The notes under the pieces are model-generated. The model did not search any database. It was not told the DNA's origin and was given only the letters and a program-made list of their open reading frames with translations. Below, piece after piece: positions 38,016 through 53,740 of a stretch of 64,000 nt of DNA. Made by a program: the position numbers and the translations under genes. Where the stretch lies: assembly GCA_964016885.1 (NCBI GenBank), contig OZ024749.1, positions 33,232,001-33,296,000 on the forward strand, written 5' to 3'. How positions within the stretch are numbered: the stretch's first letter is position 1; each line of letters starts with the position of its first letter. The stretch comes from Eledone cirrhosa. Lineage: Eukaryota.

Positions 38016-39299
38016 TAACAAATAGTGAATACTTCACAATCCTTTCCTTACCATAAAAAAAAAAATCAACTAATTTTGAAAATAATTCAAGAATTTGAAG
38101 GGATTTAGTAAAATAACTCATTACTAAATTGGCATTAGTAACGTAAAAGTTCTTACATAAATAAATTACTGGAAGGCTTTTAGATAAATAAACAGTTTTG
38201 TATCAGAACCATAGTCGGTTTTGGGCAGTATGATATCAAACTACCCGTGTCATGAAACCGAGGTCAAATCTGATTATTTATACATACATATATATATATA
38301 TATATATTATACACATATATGTACATATACACATGTACATATATACACACAATGAATATATAGCTGTGGTGTGTAATTTAAATGTGACAACAACAATGTT
38401 TTAACTAGACATGAAATTAGTTATTTTAATTGCTTATTGATTAATTTGGTTCTTTTCATGTTGGTAACAAAAAGTAAAACATTAAAAGGTATGTCACTAA
38501 TGTGAAAAGTTTAGGAAGTTCTGACCTAGTTATAAACAAAGAGAACCTAAGTCAACTTAATTCACATGTAAATCAATGATAGTTTAGCTTTTTTTTAACA
38601 CTTTAGCATTTAAACCAGCCATATCCAGCCAGAATCCTTTCACCTCTTTCTCTTCAAATTGGTTATAACCAGCTGCTCATATATATAAATAATATCAAAA
38701 TCTCTCAGATTCGATATTATGTGAGGTAAAATGTTTACTGTGAAAAGTAAATATAGACTAATGTAAATGCTAAAGGGTAAAAGTAGGGTCTTCAATAGTT
38801 AATCTGTTTCTTCATTCTTTTAAACAACATTTTCCACAGCATGTACAAAGAGCTGTATGTGAGATCTGATAAAACTATTACACAGCTGTTCACATATAAC
38901 ATGATATTAAACTGTTATTGATTCATTTTATGCTGCTAACAAAACTTAACGTATGACAAAAACTTCATTTTTTAACTGGCTGCTCATGTTAAGGTATTGT
39001 TCTCAAAATAAATATCAAAATCCCATAGCTTCGATATTATGAGAAATATAGCCTTTACTAAGAAAATACAATAGTGTATATAGAGTAATAAATCCCAAAG
39101 GTATGTTAAGGTATTGTTCTCAAAATATCAAAATCGATATATAAGATATTATGCAAGATAAACCCTTTACCGCAAAAATACAATACAATAGTATATATAT
39201 AGAGCAATGTAAATGCTAAAGGGTTAAATGGTGTGTATAACTAATGCAAAAAGTTTAGAAAGGATCGGTAGAAAGAAATTCTCTAAGATTAACTTAATT

Positions 39300-39700
39300 A
39301 TTGGTTAATTTTCATAAAACATGTTGAACGTAAAACATTTTGAACTGTATAATGATAGAAGTACAATTCAGTTTTAAAATTCTACATAGGCTCCAGCATT
39401 GTCCACCAGTGTTTGTAATCGTCTGGGTATATCCTTGACTGACTGACTTCATCAGGAACTCAGGTGGTATGGTGGTCAGTACATGACCAATGTGTTCCTC
39501 CAATTGAGTGTTTTTGCTTTTGAGCTTTAAACTTCTTCCTTCACTCAACCTCACAGGAAAAATGCAATCACATGGCGTTACATCAGGGCTTCTTGCTGAC
39601 CATTCAGGTGGACCATGACAACCCAGCCAACGTCCTGGAAATTGGACATCAAGCCACTCAGTATGAAAAATGAGGGGCTGCATGATGTTGTCCCAAGTAG
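39300..39700 (-). mobile_element. Tc1/mariner transposase C-terminal fragment
   Basis: WLDVQFPGRWLGCHGPPEWSARSPDVTPCD matches the family motif FPGRWIGR-GP--WPPRSPDLTPCDF. Confidence 0.85.
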
Positions 39701-39799
39701 TAATTAGTAGGCAAAAATTTAGTGTGTGTGTATACATATGTATGTATACACACTAAATCAATGAGTTAAAATGTTTTAGCACTAAGGTCTTCAATTGTC

Positions 39800-39844
<45 letters not shown>

Positions 39845-42415
39845 TCGTATATAAGCAGAGAAATATGTGACCAAAAAAACCAAAAAGCCTCCCAATGATA
39901 AAATGCTTATATTTTGTTGATTTTCACCAACTTCAAATTCTACATAAATAAGGTGCTAAAATATCAGGAGGGATTATTTTACAATGAAACTTTTTCTACC
40001 TTTACATTGGCATTAGTGTTACTTATGCATTCCTTTGAAAATATTTCCAATGAACTTTTTAATACATAATACATATACATGCATGCACCAACAAACATTC
40101 TATTACATTTTCATAGTAAAGGCTTTATTTCACATAATATGAAATCTGAGATTTTGATATTTATTTTGAAAACAATGAGTGGCTGGTTAAGGCTGGTTTA
40201 AACAGAAAGAGGTAGAGAATTCTAGCCAGTTATAGCCGGTTTAAATACTAAAGGGTTAATATTTTTCTTCTTTCAATCTTACTTCTGACTTGTGCTTTAT
40301 TGTTCTCATTCTCCCTCTATTTTCCTGCTCTGTCTCCCCACTTTTTCACTGGCTGTCCCCTTCCAACTTTATGAATCCCTATGATTCTCTTATTCGATTT
40401 CTTGCTTTCAAAGTAATCCCAGCATATAAGTAGCCGGAAGTAAACTAAAACTTGAGAAACTTGTTGAAATTTTAAAATGGTAAAAAAAGCAGTATGTAAT
40501 GGATGTGTGAATTTTAACCCTTTAGCATTAAAACCGACTGTATCTGGCCAGAATTCTCTCATCGCTTTCTGTTCAACCTGGCCTCTCATACTGACATTAA
40601 GGTATTGTTCTCAAAATAAATAATATCAAGATCTCATAGTTTCGGTATTATGCGAGATAAAGCCTTTACCACGAAAATACAATAGTATATATAGAGTAAT
40701 GTAAATGCTAAAGGGTTAAAGGACACTTAAAACATTTTAATCAAAATACTAAAACTTCAAATATATTTTATACCCACGAGAATTTCAAGGCCATGATATC
40801 GAAACAATGTGTTGATTAGCTGCATCAAATTATAAATGGGGTTTAGATTTTTTCCTATTTCTCAGACAAAGTAGGGGGTGGGTGTTGGCTTATAATGCCA
40901 TTGAATATATATATATATATATATATTATAGTCAATAAAAGCTCCCACACCACACACAAAAGAGCTCAATAGTTTAATGACACCCACATTGAACAGCCTA
41001 GATAAAAGACAGGAAGACTAAAATAGGACAACTTAACATTCATTGCCAGGCAGGTAATATATGTCATTCTCTTCTTCCTCCTCACACTACACCAATACAC
41101 CTGAACAACTACTCCACCACAGATGGTCAATGGTGTATCTTGTAAAGAGTTCACAGATTATTGAATATAAAAAAAAAAAATGCAGATAAAAAAAATACAG
41201 ATAAAAAACAAATAAATAAAAAAGTGCTACCACTGAGATTTACATAACTATATAAACTGTAAAACCTATTCAACAAACACAGCCAGCCAAAAAGTGAATT
41301 TGGAGAGAGATAAAAACAGTAGAAGTAGTATCACCACTTCTACCATAGCCTATCTAAGGTGGTGTAGTCGTTAATGTGTGTGTGTACATGCCTGCTTCAT
41401 ACAGATAGGTAAAGTAATATGTATACACACACACACATTCACAAATGAAAATATAGCCACTATGTATCGAGTCCTTTGCCTTAAATTGCCATGCCTCAGT
41501 TTAAACAAGAATCATATGCGTGCGCACACTCCAAAAGTACTGAGAGTGTTTGCATTAAATTGTGAATAAGTTCACAAGCATAGTTGATAAACATATTCAG
41601 CCTTATATTGTACAACAGAGCCTGTTGTTAATCCACAAGAGTCTTCTTTTGCAAGAGTTGAGCTCTGTCTTCAGCTATGTGTATCAACTAATTTTGAAAA
41701 TTTGAAAAATGTAATGAGAACTTTTTCATCAATGTAAGCTTAATTTTTATAGTGTAACTTGAAATTTTCTTAAACTTATGATGGAAAGTTTTAATGTAAA
41801 GACAAACATTTTAAAATGAGCAGTTTTGTATGAAAACCAGGTAAGATTCTGATGACCAGCGTTCTGAAATATCAGTGGCTTCCAACCGATAAAGTAGCCA
41901 GTTTGGTTTAAAATAACCTCTCGTGCTGGTGTCTCAGTGAAATGCACTCAGTACACTCTATAAAGTGTTAGTGTTGACATCACAAAATACAAGCCCAGTA
42001 CACCCCTATAAGGTGGTTGGGATTAGGAAGAGTATTCAGTTATAGAAACCATGTCATATATGGAATGTAATGAGCAAGACTGATCATTCCAACTGACCTA
42101 GTCTCGGACTGTAACAACCCATCTAACCCATACCACTGCGGAAAGAGGATGTATGGGGAGGATAATGATTGTATTAACATCAATGTATTCTCTTGTACAA
42201 ACACAAGCTTATATATAGTTAGTTGATGTCAATGATTGATTGACCTAATAAATTGATCTTTCTGTTTCATTTATTAACTTACAGAAGCAGACATTCTTAT
42301 AGTTTTTACTGCTGCTTTTCTATGCCAGCATGGGTTGGATGATGCTTTTGGGGGAGTGTCTATGGTCAGAAGCCCTTCCTAGCTCATACATTACTTCCAA
42401 GTCTGATATATACAC

Positions 42416-42598
42416 CAGGCATGTCAAACTGAGGGTCCTCCAAGGACCACGTGTTGTCTGAGGGCCACACACGATTACTAATTGTGCACATTGCAACTAA
42501 TATTTTAAATTTTATATTATGAAGATAAAACATGCTCGCGCTGTAAAAACCTTTGGCCGCAGGTGTGCTTGTAAAGGGCCGCATGTTTGACATGCCTG
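42416..42598. mobile_element. hAT-type MITE
   Basis: 14-bp perfect TIR CAGGCATGTCAAAC and an 8-bp TSD atatacac/atctacac (7/8 match). Confidence 0.85.
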
Positions 42599-45500
42599 AT
42601 CTACACTTAACATCCACTCAGCTTCTTCACCACAGCCATACATGTATTAAAAACTTAACCCTTTAGCATTTACATTACTCTATATTTACTATTATATTTT
42701 CATAGTAAAGGCTTTATCTCACAATATCGAACCTATGATATTTTGAGAACAATACTTTACCATCAGTACGAGTGGCCAGTTACGGCTAGTTTAGAAAGAG
42801 GTTTGGGAGAATTCTGGCCAGATACAGCTGGTTTAAATGTTAAAGGGTTAACATGTTTTTAATCTCGTGTGTCGTCGTAGTACAATCCCAGGTCGTGTGT
42901 TTAGAGCCACCTATAGCCTTTTCATTAATTTAACATATATATATATTTGAATCACACTATTTACTTTTAACAATAGCAGTGGGAACTAGCTAGGTTAACC
43001 CTTTAGCATTTAAACCAACCGAATCTGGCCAGAACTCTTGCCTCTTTCTGTTCAAATTAGCTGTAACTCAACATTTAGGTATTGTTCTCAAAATAAATAG
43101 TAACAAAATCTCAGATTTGATATGTAGGATAAAGACTTTACCATGAAAATACAATATTGAATATAGAGTAATGTAAATGGTAAAAGGTTGGACACCAATT
43201 GTACAGACAAAACTATTTAAAAAAATCTGTACATGATTAACAGTTGAAATTTTTTTACATATAAAGAAATAAAATTTTTTAGAAATTTCAAATACAAACA
43301 GGGAAGGAATATTTTTTCCTCTTATCTGGAGAATGGGGAGAAATGTCCCTCCCAAAACTGGCAATTTATGTTCCACTTAAACTGTTACATGTCCTACAGT
43401 AGGCAACATTCTGGGCATGGGGAAGGAGTAGTGTAATGGTTAGAGTGGGAGCCTAGAGAATTAAACAACATGATGACAGGTGGAGAGCTGAAGGAGTGTT
43501 GCCTGATTGAAGGTGGATAAGCAGAGACCATTGTAATAGAGAATGGGGGAGAAAGAAAAAGAGATAGAAAAGTATGCCTGTAGTACACTGGGGTGTGTGG
43601 AACCTATAGGAATAAATAAAATCCAATGACTGGGCTCCATAAGAGAAAATATAGTCCATTGATTGAGCAGCTTGCCTAACCCTTTCATTGCTATTTCTAA
43701 TTAAATATGAACAATTTCATAAAGTCATTTCATAATATCAATTACCTTATGTATTCGAATATTTTTTAAATTAAATTTCTCACTGCTTTGAAAGCCATAT
43801 TCATTCAAAACATCAAAAACAATACAAATTTCACTTTGAAAGTGAAACCGGTGTAATATTCACCTCCAAAACGAAAATATTTCAGCACCTCGTTTATGGA
43901 AAATTTTGAAATTGGTGAAAACTGACAACCAATTTTTTTGTCACACATTTCTCAGTTTATATAAGAGTATATACAGTATGCTGGAAGCCTTTAACTCTTT
44001 AGCATTTAAATTGGCTATATCCGGCCAGAATTCTCATCCCTTTTTCTTCAAACTGGCTGTAACCGGCTGCTAATACTTATGTTAGGGTATTGTTCTCAAA
44101 ATAAATATCAAAATCTCAGATTCGATATTATCTGAGAATTGTGAAAATACAATAGTATATATAGAATAATGTAAATGTTAAAGGGTTAAATGGATGGCTT
44201 TGTTTCATAGAACCATGAAAGGTTTCGGGTGGTAACTGAAGAAAATAAAAAAAAAAACCTGGCTTGGTCCATGACTAAGTGTATATGCGGATATGTACAG
44301 CTACACATGTAAACATAGCTGTACAATAATGACTGTGGTTAAATTCAATTTCAACTATGTGATTTGGGGTTTGTTCCAAAAATGCAGTACTTTGGTAGGT
44401 GTCTTTTACTATAGACACATGTTGATCAATATCTTGTCAATGGAATTGGGTAGATGGAAACTCTGCCCATCATCTATGTGTGCCTGCTTAATTATATTTT
44501 GTCTCTTTATGTCAGGTAACCCATTCAACAAAGAAATGGATAAGCATAATGGATAAATATAGTATCTCTTCAAATATAACATTGTCTATTGTATCATCCA
44601 AAATAAACTGCTCAAAAGCATCAATACTTAGTTTACCTAGTTGTTGGCAAAGTGATATTTATGCAAATTGGATTTCCCAGTTCAGCAAAACCCTTAAAGC
44701 AACTATATACACAATCACTCCACAGTCAGGTGAAAAAGTCTAAAGAGTTGTCCTAAGATAGGGCAAGAAAAGACAGTAAAGGCATCGTGTGTATCATGCT
44801 ATTTTACACTACAGTGATAAAAACTTGTACTAATTAGAACTACATTTGCCTGGAACACCAACAATTCATTATACATATACATTAATAAATATCTATACAT
44901 TCTTGCTAGGGTTAGGCAGGCTGCTGGGTTATATATAGCAAGGTATATATTTTTAAGTAATTTCGGTCTCGCTGTAAAACAATCCAAGCGGGGAAAAAAA
45001 AAAATCTAGTTTACCTAGTGCTTCAGAGGAAAATACCCCTTTTCTGTCCATTTTAAACTATCTAAAAATACTGGTAGCACACAGAATTGCACAGACAACT
45101 ATGCCTCCTACATACATTTACAGTAGTGTCAGTTTAAAGGGAAGAGTAAACAAAAATTCAAGAAACTTGTCTAAACTTTACAAAACATATGAAATGATAA
45201 AAATCATTATGTTATGGGGTTGTGAAACAAAAACTATAATCTAAACACTTAAAACATTTTAATATACTAAAACTTTATGAATATATTCTCCACTCATTAG
45301 AATTTGAAAAACACACCATCTGTGTTTATTAGTTGCCTTGTCTTTTACACAGAGTTTGGATCTTTGCTTATTTCTCAGACATAAAATAGGGGGTTGGCTT
45401 ATTAATCAAGTATATACAGTAATTTAATACTTTATGAAAGGCTGAAATAGATTTTTGAACAATTGCTGCTGACGGATGCTCATTAACATTCTATAGGCTG

Positions 45501-46585
45501 GAATAGATCTTTTGAGCAAGTGTTACGTGATGGACACTCAAATAACATGCATACAGACTGATGTCACTAACAATAAATATCAACCAAATAGTCAGGGGTT
45601 TGTAGAACATTAGAAGTAAAAACAAACAAAATACTTTAAAAATTGTTACCCCCATATACAGTTTGACCAAGAGCCCAATAATGAAATGAGATATGACTGG
45701 TGAAAAATAGTTAGACAAGTCTAAATTTTGTTTGGTTTCTGATAACCAAGTGTGTGTTTGATATACAGAAGAATTTCACTCAGGGTGTATGAATGTGCCA
45801 TGGTTTAGGGCTGTATGTCTGGGAAAATAGTCAGAAAGGCATGTACAGTAACAGCCTATCTAGAGATCTTGGAAAAGACCTATCTTATGTATGCCTATAG
45901 TTGATTGTGTTTGTTGTTCGCTTTCTAGCATAACGACCCAAAGACAAAAAAAAAAAAAACAGGCCAACAGGAATAAGTAGGCGAAGACGGGAAGGTCAAC
46001 ATGATTGTTCTACAAAGGAGTTATTTGATGCTACATATATTGTCACCAATTTCATAATGGCCATTTAAAAGTACTGGTTAATCTATTTTTGGCATGAAAA
46101 CTTTTGGTTCTGGGATTCTGCTAGACTAACGATTGTCTATTTTAACTTAATATTTTCATTTTATTTAACCCTTCTATGACCATATTTTTGTCTATGGCTT
46201 TAAAATAATTTTGAGAATCCAGAATTTTTGGGGATTAAATAAATATAACTTTCTCATTAAATTGGTGTTTGGAACATAGCTTAAAGATTCTTACAGAAAA
46301 TTATGATGGAATGACTACAAGATAAATCTAAACATTTAAAAAGATTTGTATTGTAGAAATACGACCAGTTTATTATGAAAAGGGTCAAATACAACCACAA
46401 GTGAAGATGCAAATAGTATTTAGAAACATGCGAATTATGCTTGGGTCAAAAGCTAAAACCAAAATATAAACAGAAAGGTGGTGTGACTTTACTGCTATGA
46501 CATGTGAATATATGATAAACATGCACACACACACACACCCAAGCCTGTATGGCAAATGGTTAACATTCTTTATAACATTCTTGTA

Positions 46586-46892
46586 CAGAGGTTTTCAAAG
46601 TGGACACTACCGCCCTCCCGAGGGCATTGAGAAGGTCCAGGGGCCGCTGGGGCCTAAGAGGGGATATAATAGTACATTAAATATCAAATGATACATATAT
46701 ATATATATATATAAATATAACAATAAGAAGTATATAATATTTATTTATGTATATATTATGTATAACCTAACTATTTTATTTATTATATATTACAATTTGT
46801 GTAGACAGGTCTCTGGAAATAAGGTTAGGGGGCACCTAGGATAATATGTGGCCATGTGGGGGCAGTGACCCAAATAGTTTGAGGAAGCTCTG
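46586..46892. mobile_element. Degenerate hAT-like MITE
   Basis: CAGAGGTTTTCAAA...tttgaggaagctctg ends with GC-rich subterminal regions and a weak 8-bp TSD. Confidence 0.5.
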
Positions 46893-48801
46893 CTCTTGCG
46901 AGTGGCTTGACTATCTATATTAAAGCTTCACAAGAAAGTACAGTGGCTAAAGAAACCAGTAGTTCTAGAATCATCTTGGTGTCCTGGAACAATATAGGAA
47001 TATATTCATGATTCATTCTTGCCACTTATTTAATTCATAGACAGTAGCTAATTCGTTGTGGAGCACTGTTAGTGAATAAATGCCTTGTTCAGACAAATCA
47101 AGGTGTGTCTGGAAAGGTTCATGTCTACCTAATTAACACATACATACACATATTTACATTTATAACTAACAATTAGATATAATTACATATGTATCTCCTC
47201 TACCATCCCATCACCTTTTCTCTATTCACACTAGCCTCTGAGCCACCAACCACCTTGAAATTACAGAGATGTAGAAGGGCAGAGAGTATTCTTGACATGT
47301 AAGGGCAAGGTAACCTCTAGTGTTGGTGTCAAGATGAATTCAGCAAGTACACACTGTAAAGGGGTTGATCAAATGGAGACACCATAAGGAAAACTGAATA
47401 ATTAAAACTTTTTACCTATTACTGTACTAATATATATATATATATATATATATAATATCGTTATTTTGTATGTATAGTTTGTGCTTTTGGTCAGTTATCT
47501 TGGGGTCACATAAGTGTTTAACTCTGGACTTATTGTACATACTGTACTGCAGCTCAAGTTTGATTTACAAATATTATACACACACACGCAATACAATACA
47601 TAGACATCACAATTTTATACCAGTTTTCTATACTGGGCATGGGTTATATAAAATATAATGGTCAACAAACAATGAAATAGTAAGAAAAGAAAGCTAGGTA
47701 GTTAATTCATTGTTGTATTGTTTTAGCCAAGCAGACACGAATGCACACCTTGTTCATTGATGTAAAGGTAGATCTACTGTACCACATAACAGAGGTATAC
47801 TGGATAATTTGAATATTTACATTAGTACTACATGCACTTCTAAGATGGTTAGAGTCCTGATTATACAGAACATATGCAGTTTCTTTTCCAACCTCTTTTC
47901 TCCCGATGAAGGACTAATGTCCGATACATCGAGACCATTTCCTTTGTCCTTTTCCCACAAGTGTAAACCTTATAAGACTAATTGTTTTGCGTTTGTCTCC
48001 TTTTTAACCTTGAACTATACATATGGAGAGATGCTGTGCTGAAGAGGACCAGCCCCACCGTAGCAGGCAAGGAAAAGTGGATGTAAAATGATGATGATTA
48101 TATACATACATAGATACATACATACCTACACACACGTAAACGTAAACACAAGTTATGTGATTAACGGAGAAATTAAGAACTACTCCCAAAAGTGATATGC
48201 ACGGATCAGAATTAAAAAAATGTCTAACAAAATGGCAGTTAATCCTTAAAGAGAAGAAAAAAAAAAATGGAGGGAGGGAGAAGAAGAATTAACTAACGAA
48301 AAATAAGTCGTCTTCAGCTGCAAATAATTATTTTTGGTATGCCAACAGGGGTTTAAAAAAAAGGGTGGGGTGTCCAAAGATGAATTCCTCAGAGACCAAA
48401 AGCTTTCAGTAACAAAACTTGGTAGAAATCTTACTGAAATTTATGTACAACCTATAGCTATTGATTACAGTTATCAACTGACAGCTAACACTGTATAATT
48501 ATACACACTATGTGTGTTTGTACAAAAATATGTATGTATCTATATACACACAAAATCTGTACATACCAACACACAAACAAACAAACAAGCCAACATGGGT
48601 GTGTGCATGTGTTTGGGAAGTTTCAAGTATGATATATAGAATCAAAATAAAATAAAATATTTTAGAGGCAAGGTTAAAGCAGCTAGACAGAAGAAAAGAC
48701 ACGACAGAAGAGAAGGTTTAAAGACAAATAAATAAATATAGAGGCCTTAAGTTTAACAGCACCCAATGAAAATATCTGCCAAGAAGTGGGGCAATACACT
48801 G

Positions 48802-48841
<40 letters not shown>

Positions 48842-48954
48842 AGACAAAGATCACCCCCTAAGCACACAGACACCCTACTGTAACTCTACAAGGAATTCTT
48901 TAAGGCTGCTAACTGAATTCCAATCTTTACAAGTTTGTTACAGTTGACAGCAGT

Positions 48955-49345
48955 GAGGGAGGGGGGAGAGAAGTAGGAGAGAGAAGTAGAGAGAAGGGGG
49001 GAGTAGAGGAGAGAAGGGGGTAGAGGCGAGAAGGGGGGAGTAGAGGCGAGAAGGGGGGAGTAGAGGCGAGAAGGGGGGAGTAGAGGCGAGAAGGGGGGAG
49101 TAGAGGAGAGAAGGGGGGAGTAGAGGAGAGAAGGGGGGAGTAGAGGAGAGAAGGGGGGGGGGTAGAGGAGAGAAGGAGGGCGTAGAAGAGAGAGAGGTAG
49201 AGCGAGAAGGAGAGAGAGAGGTAGAGCGAGAAGGGGAGAGAGAGGTAGAGCGAGAAGGGGAGAGAGAGGTAGAGCGAGAAGGGGAGAGAGGGGTAGAGGG
49301 AGAAGGGGAGAGAGGGGGTGTCAAAAAGTAGGGAAGGGGAGGAGG
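48955..49345. repeat. G-rich polypurine minisatellite (20-bp and 24-bp units)
   Basis: tagaggcgagaaggggggag repeated, then gagagagaggtagagcgagaaggg repeated. Confidence 0.9.
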
Positions 49346-51004
49346 TTTTGAAAAGCTGAGTTGGCTCAATTTCTTTTGTACAGCACATTTCACAATACAA
49401 GGGATATCAAGTGCTTACACATGTGTGTCCCATGTATGTGTACATTTATATATATTTGTATGTATGCATAATTATGTGTAGTTCATATGCGTGTTTATAT
49501 ATGTGTGCATATACATAATGTTCAGATGTGGGTGTACGTGTGTGCGTGTATACGTGTATGTATGCTGACATTTTAGATTTTTCCAGATTCTTTTTTAAAA
49601 TTCTATCATGCAGAACAAGCTTTGAAGCAACCCAGTAATTTCTAATCCGTGAGAGTGGTGGTGGTGGCAGTCATGGTTGGAGGTGGGGATGTATTAGGGT
49701 GGTGGTGGGCATGTCTGAGTGGTGGTGGCGGCAGCAGCAGCGGCCATAGGAGAAAATCTAGCAACTCTACAGTAGCTTTCTTCCAACTGACTAAGCAGAA
49801 TTATTATTTTTTCACATTACAAATCAAGTTGAAGTTTAGTCCTGGTACTTTCTATCAACACAAGAATGAAAGTTCACTGGTGGGTGAGTGGAGGGTCACG
49901 TGCACACTCTCTCACAGCTGTTTCACTAAATTCATCTATCTAGATTAGATTATTAAATTTACTTTGCTCCATAGGACAGTTCAGATTACCACCACAAACT
50001 AATGCCCGTCTCCCAAGTTGGTAATGACCTGTTACAGTCAAAGTCACTTCTAATTACTGACTTCCTAGGCATATGTATAAGAACCACATCTAACTATGTT
50101 CCAACTCTGGCATGGTTGCTACAACCAGTGCCCTTCCAAACATCAGACATGAATACTCTGCATATTCAGTGCATTTTATTGTGGCACCAATACTAGAGAG
50201 GAGGTCATGTCAACAAAGCTAAAAAGCTCTCTGTTGTACAGTTTTAGCCCTATCAGCTACTTTGCAGAATGTGCAATGTACATTCTATCCTGGCACAAAT
50301 ACTAGAGATGTTATCTCAAGATTGCTAAAGTCCTTCCTCTCTGACCTACCTTCTCTAATCTTCAAGCCCTTTACAGAGTATTTGGCCGATTTTATAAGGG
50401 TACAAATGCTAGAAATTTACCTTGCAAAGACACCAACAAAACTAAATGTAGTTTCATTTAGGTTAAAATAGAATCAAATATTCTAGAAAACACTTTCTTA
50501 AAATAAATTATGTAAGGAAATAAACTATCACCGAGTTTCTTAATATACAACCATTAAATATGCTAGAAACCGAAATAAAATTTTCCTACTGTCTTAAAAA
50601 GGACAGATTGAATATAGTGTATAGTGTGCATGCATGGAGGGAGTGGGATTATCAGAGCAGGAAGATTTCTGATCATAGATCAGAGTGACTTGGTGCTATA
50701 TACAAACAAATTTTGAAAAGGATTATCACTTTACTACCTGACATTCCAAGAATGTCTATCAATAAATATGTGGGTATTACATATATGCATCATCATCAAT
50801 TAGTGTATCTTCCACACTGGCATGGATTAGACGGGTGCCATTTAAAGGCAAGTTGGGTCAGGGGAGCATGTCTCGCTCATACAGGGGTGTTTCTGGCTAG
50901 ATGCCCTTCCTAACGTACGTACGTGCGCGCGCGCGTGTATATGCAAGCAGGGAAAAGCAGACGTAAAATGATGAATGATGATGATACACATATATATTAT
51001 GTTC

Positions 51005-51038
<34 letters not shown>

Positions 51039-52941
51039 CATGAACATTAGTTTCAGGCAGTTATACAAGTTTAAATGATATATAAAAAGTGGCATATATC
51101 AATTGAGGAACAATTGATATTTTGTTCATATATACAGAGCAATTAATATGTAAGTAAATATACTTCAAGATAAGCTTAACGCCTTCAAATATGTATATTT
51201 ACTTAAATATTTACTTTGTACATGTATAAAATACTGTTTCTCAATCGATCTATACATATAAACCCTTAGCAACAGAAAAACAAAATGGACAGAGACAGCT
51301 GTAGGAATGAAACTTGCATCTGTTGTATGGTGGACGGCTTTGTTACCAGCAGACCAAAGTGAGACTGACCACTTACATATCCTGGCTTTAAAATGTGTAA
51401 CAAAAATAAGATATAATCCTTTGATTACAGGCATGTTCAATCAAGGCCACCCTGGACAAACTTTTAATTCTTATATTACTAAATCTCATAGGCAATGTAT
51501 CATTAGAAATATGAGAACAGAAACAGGCATTTTGAAGAATACACACACACACACACACACACACACAGGAGGAATTACAGGAGGATGAAATATGAAAGTT
51601 GTTTCAATTACAACACCATTCTCCTAGTGGAAACCATCCCCAGTGTTTACTACTATACCATCACAGTATGTGAGGGGAGTTGATACAAATGTAGCTGTTT
51701 AACCTGCATAACAATACTACGCATATGGTCTGAGTAAGGTTGTCGTCTTGTAGAAAGGGGTCTTCGGTATAAAGATTCCCCTTTTAAACCTCGCACATTT
51801 GCACATAAATATACTGCGTATGATTTTTGAAAATAATCAAGACCTTTGATACCAAAGTACCCTGCATTTATGATACAAAACTGCTCATACTTACATTAAA
51901 TCCTTACATTTAGGAATTCTTCAAGTACTGTTTTAAATATAAGCTTACTAATAAAAATAGTTATTTGGTTAAATTTCACCAAGTGTATTTCATTAAAAAT
52001 ATAGTAATGAAAAAATTAATATAACTGAATTTCATATTAAGCTGCTGCTAGGAGAATAGCTTAAAAGTTATTACATAAAATTATGATTGAAAGAACCAGG
52101 ACGAGTGTCTGGTAGGTTGGTATAAAAAATCCTAAAAAAAAAAAAAAAAATCATTAACGCCAGAATAAATTTAGAAAAAAACAAATATGGAAAGAATACT
52201 TCAAGATATATATTTTTTGTGTGTGTGGAAAATATAAATTCGATAATCAGGTTTACTGTGGCATGATATGCTAGAAGACAACTTTAAATGTTTTGTACAG
52301 AGTGAAAATATTAGCGTTACATTTTTGAAAAGTACACAATAGCATTATGACTGCATCACATTAAATATTAAAGTATTTACTCCAATATTTTCAGAATGAT
52401 CTGCCCACCAGTAAAGATACTACAAACATTTGAATTAACCCTTTAGCATTTACATTATATATACTATTGTATTTTTGTGGTAAAGGCTTTATCTTACATT
52501 ATCTCAATATCGAATCTGAGATTTTGATGTTTTATTTTGAGAACAATACCTTAATGTCAGTATGAGCAGCCAGGTACAGCTAGTTTGAACAGAAAGAGGT
52601 TGCAAAAATTCTGGCTGGATACAGTTTAAATGCTAAAGGGTTAAAACATGAAACCACATTAGCAAAAAATTTTGAAAGTACAAAAGAACACCATAACTAC
52701 AAGTCAGTTTGCTGCAAATTTTCTCAATGATCTGTCCACCAGTAAAGATACTATAAACATTATAATTAAACCCATTTGTCGATATTTTCTGCTACATCAT
52801 TACAGTGTTAAAAATTAAACAGATGAACAAGCAATTGGTGTGACTGCAACAGTTTCAATATTCCACCTCTATCCTTCGTGCACATCCCCCAGCATAGTCT
52901 CAAACTGAATCTATGATTGATTCAATCAATAGATAGATGGG

Positions 52942-52977
<36 letters not shown>

Positions 52978-53740
52978 ACACATGTATGTTTATATGTATA
53001 TTTATATAGTACATGGTTTACAAATCAGCACTACATGTTTAAAGATAAGTCAAGTCTAAACTTGTGTAAACCTTGTATGATATAAACATTTCTATATGCA
53101 CGATTGCCTTCTCTATACACCTATACAGTTATTGACTCACCCACTATAGCTTCAGACTAACCAATGCCTTGTGAGTGAATTTTGCCAGATGGAAGCTCTA
53201 AAGAGGACAAATTCAATAACTATAATAAATATATAAATTGATTTTCTTTTCTTGCAATATAGCTATGATGTTCAAGGAAGAGACTGCTGAAACATTGTAG
53301 CTATGTTGTAAGAAAATAAAGCAACATATACATAATCAGTATCATTAATATACCGTGGTTCATGCAAGACATGTTATGTTTATCATACATAAATATATCA
53401 CATATGCCTTCATATACACCCCTATTAATATATTTTCCTCAAAACATCTGGTTACATCCATCATTTCAAAAGTTAGTGAGAGAAGAAATAACTGATATTT
53501 TCATGCCTCCCTCACCCACCTTGCCTCCCCAACTAAAACAGTTGATGTATCTGGCTATTAATAGTTAGGACGAAGAGAAACCCCTTAACTTTCCAAATAG
53601 ACAGCATTAGTATTTATGTCCATTTTTCATGTTGGCATGATCTAAGGTTAGATGGGTCAAGCAACCACGCCTTGTGTACATGCCCCATATTTAGTTTGGG
53701 TTCAATAGCTGGTTTACAGAGTACTGGGTGCTCTATATAT

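Noticed and set aside
47903-47935. Hammerhead-like motif CCGATGA-A-GGAC-taat-GTCC-GATAC on the plus strand
   Set aside because: Two core positions are mutated and there is no clear cleavage triplet or stem I. A decayed Penelope-type end, antisense to the gene.
48927-49400. Pro/Ser/Leu-rich ORFs
   Set aside because: Translations of the polypurine minisatellite.
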